Source: a virus. Taken from it: a stretch of 64,000 nt of DNA. How positions within the stretch are numbered: position 1 is the first letter of the stretch; each line of letters begins with the position of its first letter. The position numbers and the translations under genes are program-made. The notes beneath the pieces are model-generated. The model was not told the DNA's origin. It did not search any database and worked only from the letters and a program-made list of their open reading frames with translations. Shown piece after piece: positions 62,150-64,000 of this stretch. The stretch lies in the IMG/VR virus record IMGVR_UViG_3300025466_000014; one strand, given 5' to 3'.

Positions 62150-63124
62150 ATGTCTAAAATACCTGCAGCCTGGCTTGAAGCTAAAGTTTCTTTTGGTGAC
62201 CAAAAAGAAGATACAACAACCTTGACAGCCAATTGGTGGGACGAATTGTCTGATACGTCTAAAGAAGAGTACGTTCAAGAACATCCAAATTCTAAATATG
62301 CTGAGATGCATAAAAAAGCCAAAGAAGGCAAAGAGTCTACGCCTGTAGAGCACAAAGAAAACAAAGAGCAGAAGCCTGCTCAGACAGAAGAGCATAGCAA
62401 TGGCCCTGTCGCTGTTTTGCCTCACCCAGGTCATGAAGCAGTTGCGGTTATGCACAAGGCAGCCGCGTCACCTGAAATGAAACCTAACTCTCCGCTGCGT
62501 AAAAAGATTGGCGGATTCTTGGTTACTAAAGCCAAAAATGTTGTCAGTCATCTTAAGCATGAAGGTAAAGAATTCAAAGTTGCGGGCAGTGCCTGCATTA
62601 AACTAGCTAAACGTAAACCTTTAGATGAGCATGATAAACATGCCTTAGCCGCAGTAGCCGCTGACTTAGCTGCGGTTGCGATTGCAATCGCAACCGGTGG
62701 ACATTTGGCACACCTGTTGGAAGAGGGTGCAGCTATTCTAATGGGTCATGCGGTGCAACACTTAGCTCTTGAATCAATAACCAAGGCAGCAGTTAAAGGT
62801 GCAATTCATCACGCAACGGTTTTATCTTCGGAAAGCGTAATTGCCGTTGACATGAATTTTGATGCTACCCTGGAGGAGGCTGTAAAGATTCTTGCGCAGC
62901 AACTTGAGACAGCGGACCTTAGTAGTCTAATTCCTGAAAATGAGGATGATAAGACTAGTGAGAATAAAGTTACTGCTCGGGTTAACATGAGCGCAGAGGT
63001 TGCAGGCGCAGGACTTTGCCCTGAGTGTCGCACACCAATGAAAGTTACAAGCACTGCATCGGGAAAGATGTGGACTTGCGCTACCGATCGTATTGCTATC
63101 CCAATGCCAAATGGCCACAACTAA
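62150..63124 (+). CDS. Hypothetical protein (possible virion protein), His/Ala-rich with C-terminal Zn ribbon
   Basis: WWDEL....EEY..EHPNSKY; CPEC...C. Confidence 0.75.
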   Translation: MSKIPAAWLEAKVSFGDQKEDTTTLTANWWDELSDTSKEEYVQEHPNSKYAEMHKKAKEGKESTPVEHKENKEQKPAQTEEHSNGPVAVLPHPGHEAVAVMHKAAASPEMKPNSPLRKKIGGFLVTKAKNVVSHLKHEGKEFKVAGSACIKLAKRKPLDEHDKHALAAVAADLAAVAIAIATGGHLAHLLEEGAAILMGHAVQHLALESITKAAVKGAIHHATVLSSESVIAVDMNFDATLEEAVKILAQQLETADLSSLIPENEDDKTSENKVTARVNMSAEVAGAGLCPECRTPMKVTSTASGKMWTCATDRIAIPMPNGHN

Positions 63125-63848
63125 AAAACAAAATCCACTTCCAACTAAAAAGCCAAAGCCTAAGCAGACTCTAACAAAGCGAGCAACGCCAAAGGTTAAG
63201 ACTTTAGACGTATCTGGAACAGACAAAACAGCCAAATTAGCCAAAGCAGTTAAAACTCCTAAGGTACCTAAACCTAAAAGAGGAAGAAACGAAGTTGCTG
63301 TACTGAAAAATAAAGTAGCAACTTCGATAGCTCAGGGTAAAAAGGCGCGCATATCAAAGTTAAACACAAAGGGAATGGTTTCTATTCTGGGCGATTCCTC
63401 AGAAGAAATCATGCAGCTTTTAGAGGTTAACAAGAACGAATCTGCAACTTCGCTAATTCAAAAACGTCTACTACAGTCGCTGGTAGACGTTTTGCCATAT
63501 GCAGAGCACAATGTTCGAGAGTCTAAAGGTCAAAGGTCTGTCTATCAATTAAACTCGCTAATCACTTCTCTACGCGAAGTTTTAATCGATATTCAATCTA
63601 CGCGAGACAAAGGCGCTCTTGGTGAGGCACTAGTTGAAAAGATTATCCGCCCTATGTTCCTGGATTTAGGCATGTTGCTTATTCAAGAAAACGCCAAGAC
63701 GGATAACATTCTTAAAGACTTAATGACACCGGAAAATTATAGAGAAGCAAAGAAAACAAAAGCCGAAAGCCTTGAGAGAATTGCTACGGCAATTCAACTG
63801 GCCTACACTGAGGCTAAAGCACAGGTAATCGCATTTATATCTACATGA
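63111..63848 (+). CDS. Hypothetical protein with K/P-rich basic N-terminus
   Basis: MATTKK...KPKPK..., helical C-terminus. Confidence 0.75.
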   Translation: MATTKKQNPLPTKKPKPKQTLTKRATPKVKTLDVSGTDKTAKLAKAVKTPKVPKPKRGRNEVAVLKNKVATSIAQGKKARISKLNTKGMVSILGDSSEEIMQLLEVNKNESATSLIQKRLLQSLVDVLPYAEHNVRESKGQRSVYQLNSLITSLREVLIDIQSTRDKGALGEALVEKIIRPMFLDLGMLLIQENAKTDNILKDLMTPENYREAKKTKAESLERIATAIQLAYTEAKAQVIAFIST

Positions 63849-64000
63849 TAGCTGATAACATAAAAACTCGCATAGCTCAGTATTACAAAAAGAAAAAGCG
63901 CGTAATTTTTCCTGAATTAGGACTTTTGCGCAGAGGCCGTTTACGAGCCGATCTTCTTGTTCTAGCTATGACAGGGCACATTGTTATCGTGGAAGTAAAA
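63845..64000 (+). CDS. PD-(D/E)XK nuclease, MmcB-like (partial)
   Basis: Own translation MIADNIK...FPELGL...RLRADLLVL...GHIVIVEVK. Confidence 0.7.
   Translation, partial: MIADNIKTRIAQYYKKKKRVIFPELGLLRRGRLRADLLVLAMTGHIVIVEVK

Noticed and set aside
293-63244. Numerous 60-160 aa ORFs antisense to, or nested in, longer genes
   Set aside because: They conflict with the strict strand organisation (minus before 11.2 kb, plus after) and show no motifs.
1-64000. tRNA genes, inteins, group I introns, reverse transcriptase/DGR, integrase, tubulin (PhuZ) or chimallin
   Set aside because: No cloverleaf or T-loop pattern, no intein splice motifs in the large enzymes, and no matching protein motifs seen by eye. 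tRNAscan-SE and HMM searches would be needed to exclude them firmly.
1-64000. Alternative genetic code (stop-codon reassignment)
   Set aside because: Large conserved enzymes are uninterrupted, and TAA, TAG and TGA all terminate genes at expected positions.

Overview
This is a 64-kb segment of a large lytic dsDNA phage genome, probably a jumbo myophage. Its gene set (TerL, RecA-like, RuvC, gp32-like SSB, type IIA topoisomerase, NAD-dependent ligase, Dda helicase, two sigma-like proteins) recalls RSL1/PaBG/Lu11-type jumbo phages; this is recollection only and was not verified. Genes run on the minus strand from 1 to 11192 (small accessory ORFs and a NUDIX hydrolase) and on the plus strand from 11551 to 64000. 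The divergence point holds a dense set of palindromes and direct repeats directly upstream of a 524-aa protein that appears to have a Rep_trans/phage gpII-X fold, followed by Dda. This is a candidate origin plus initiator. Several histone-H1-like or charge-block disordered proteins cluster around the topoisomerase genes. Most of them follow a recurrent intergenic AAACTGTAAATA motif that resembles the T4 late promoter TATAAATA. Clusters of small genes follow extended -10 promoters preceded by phased A-tracts. I saw no tRNA, CRISPR array, integrase or transposase. All family assignments come from reading motifs by eye; no database search was run.
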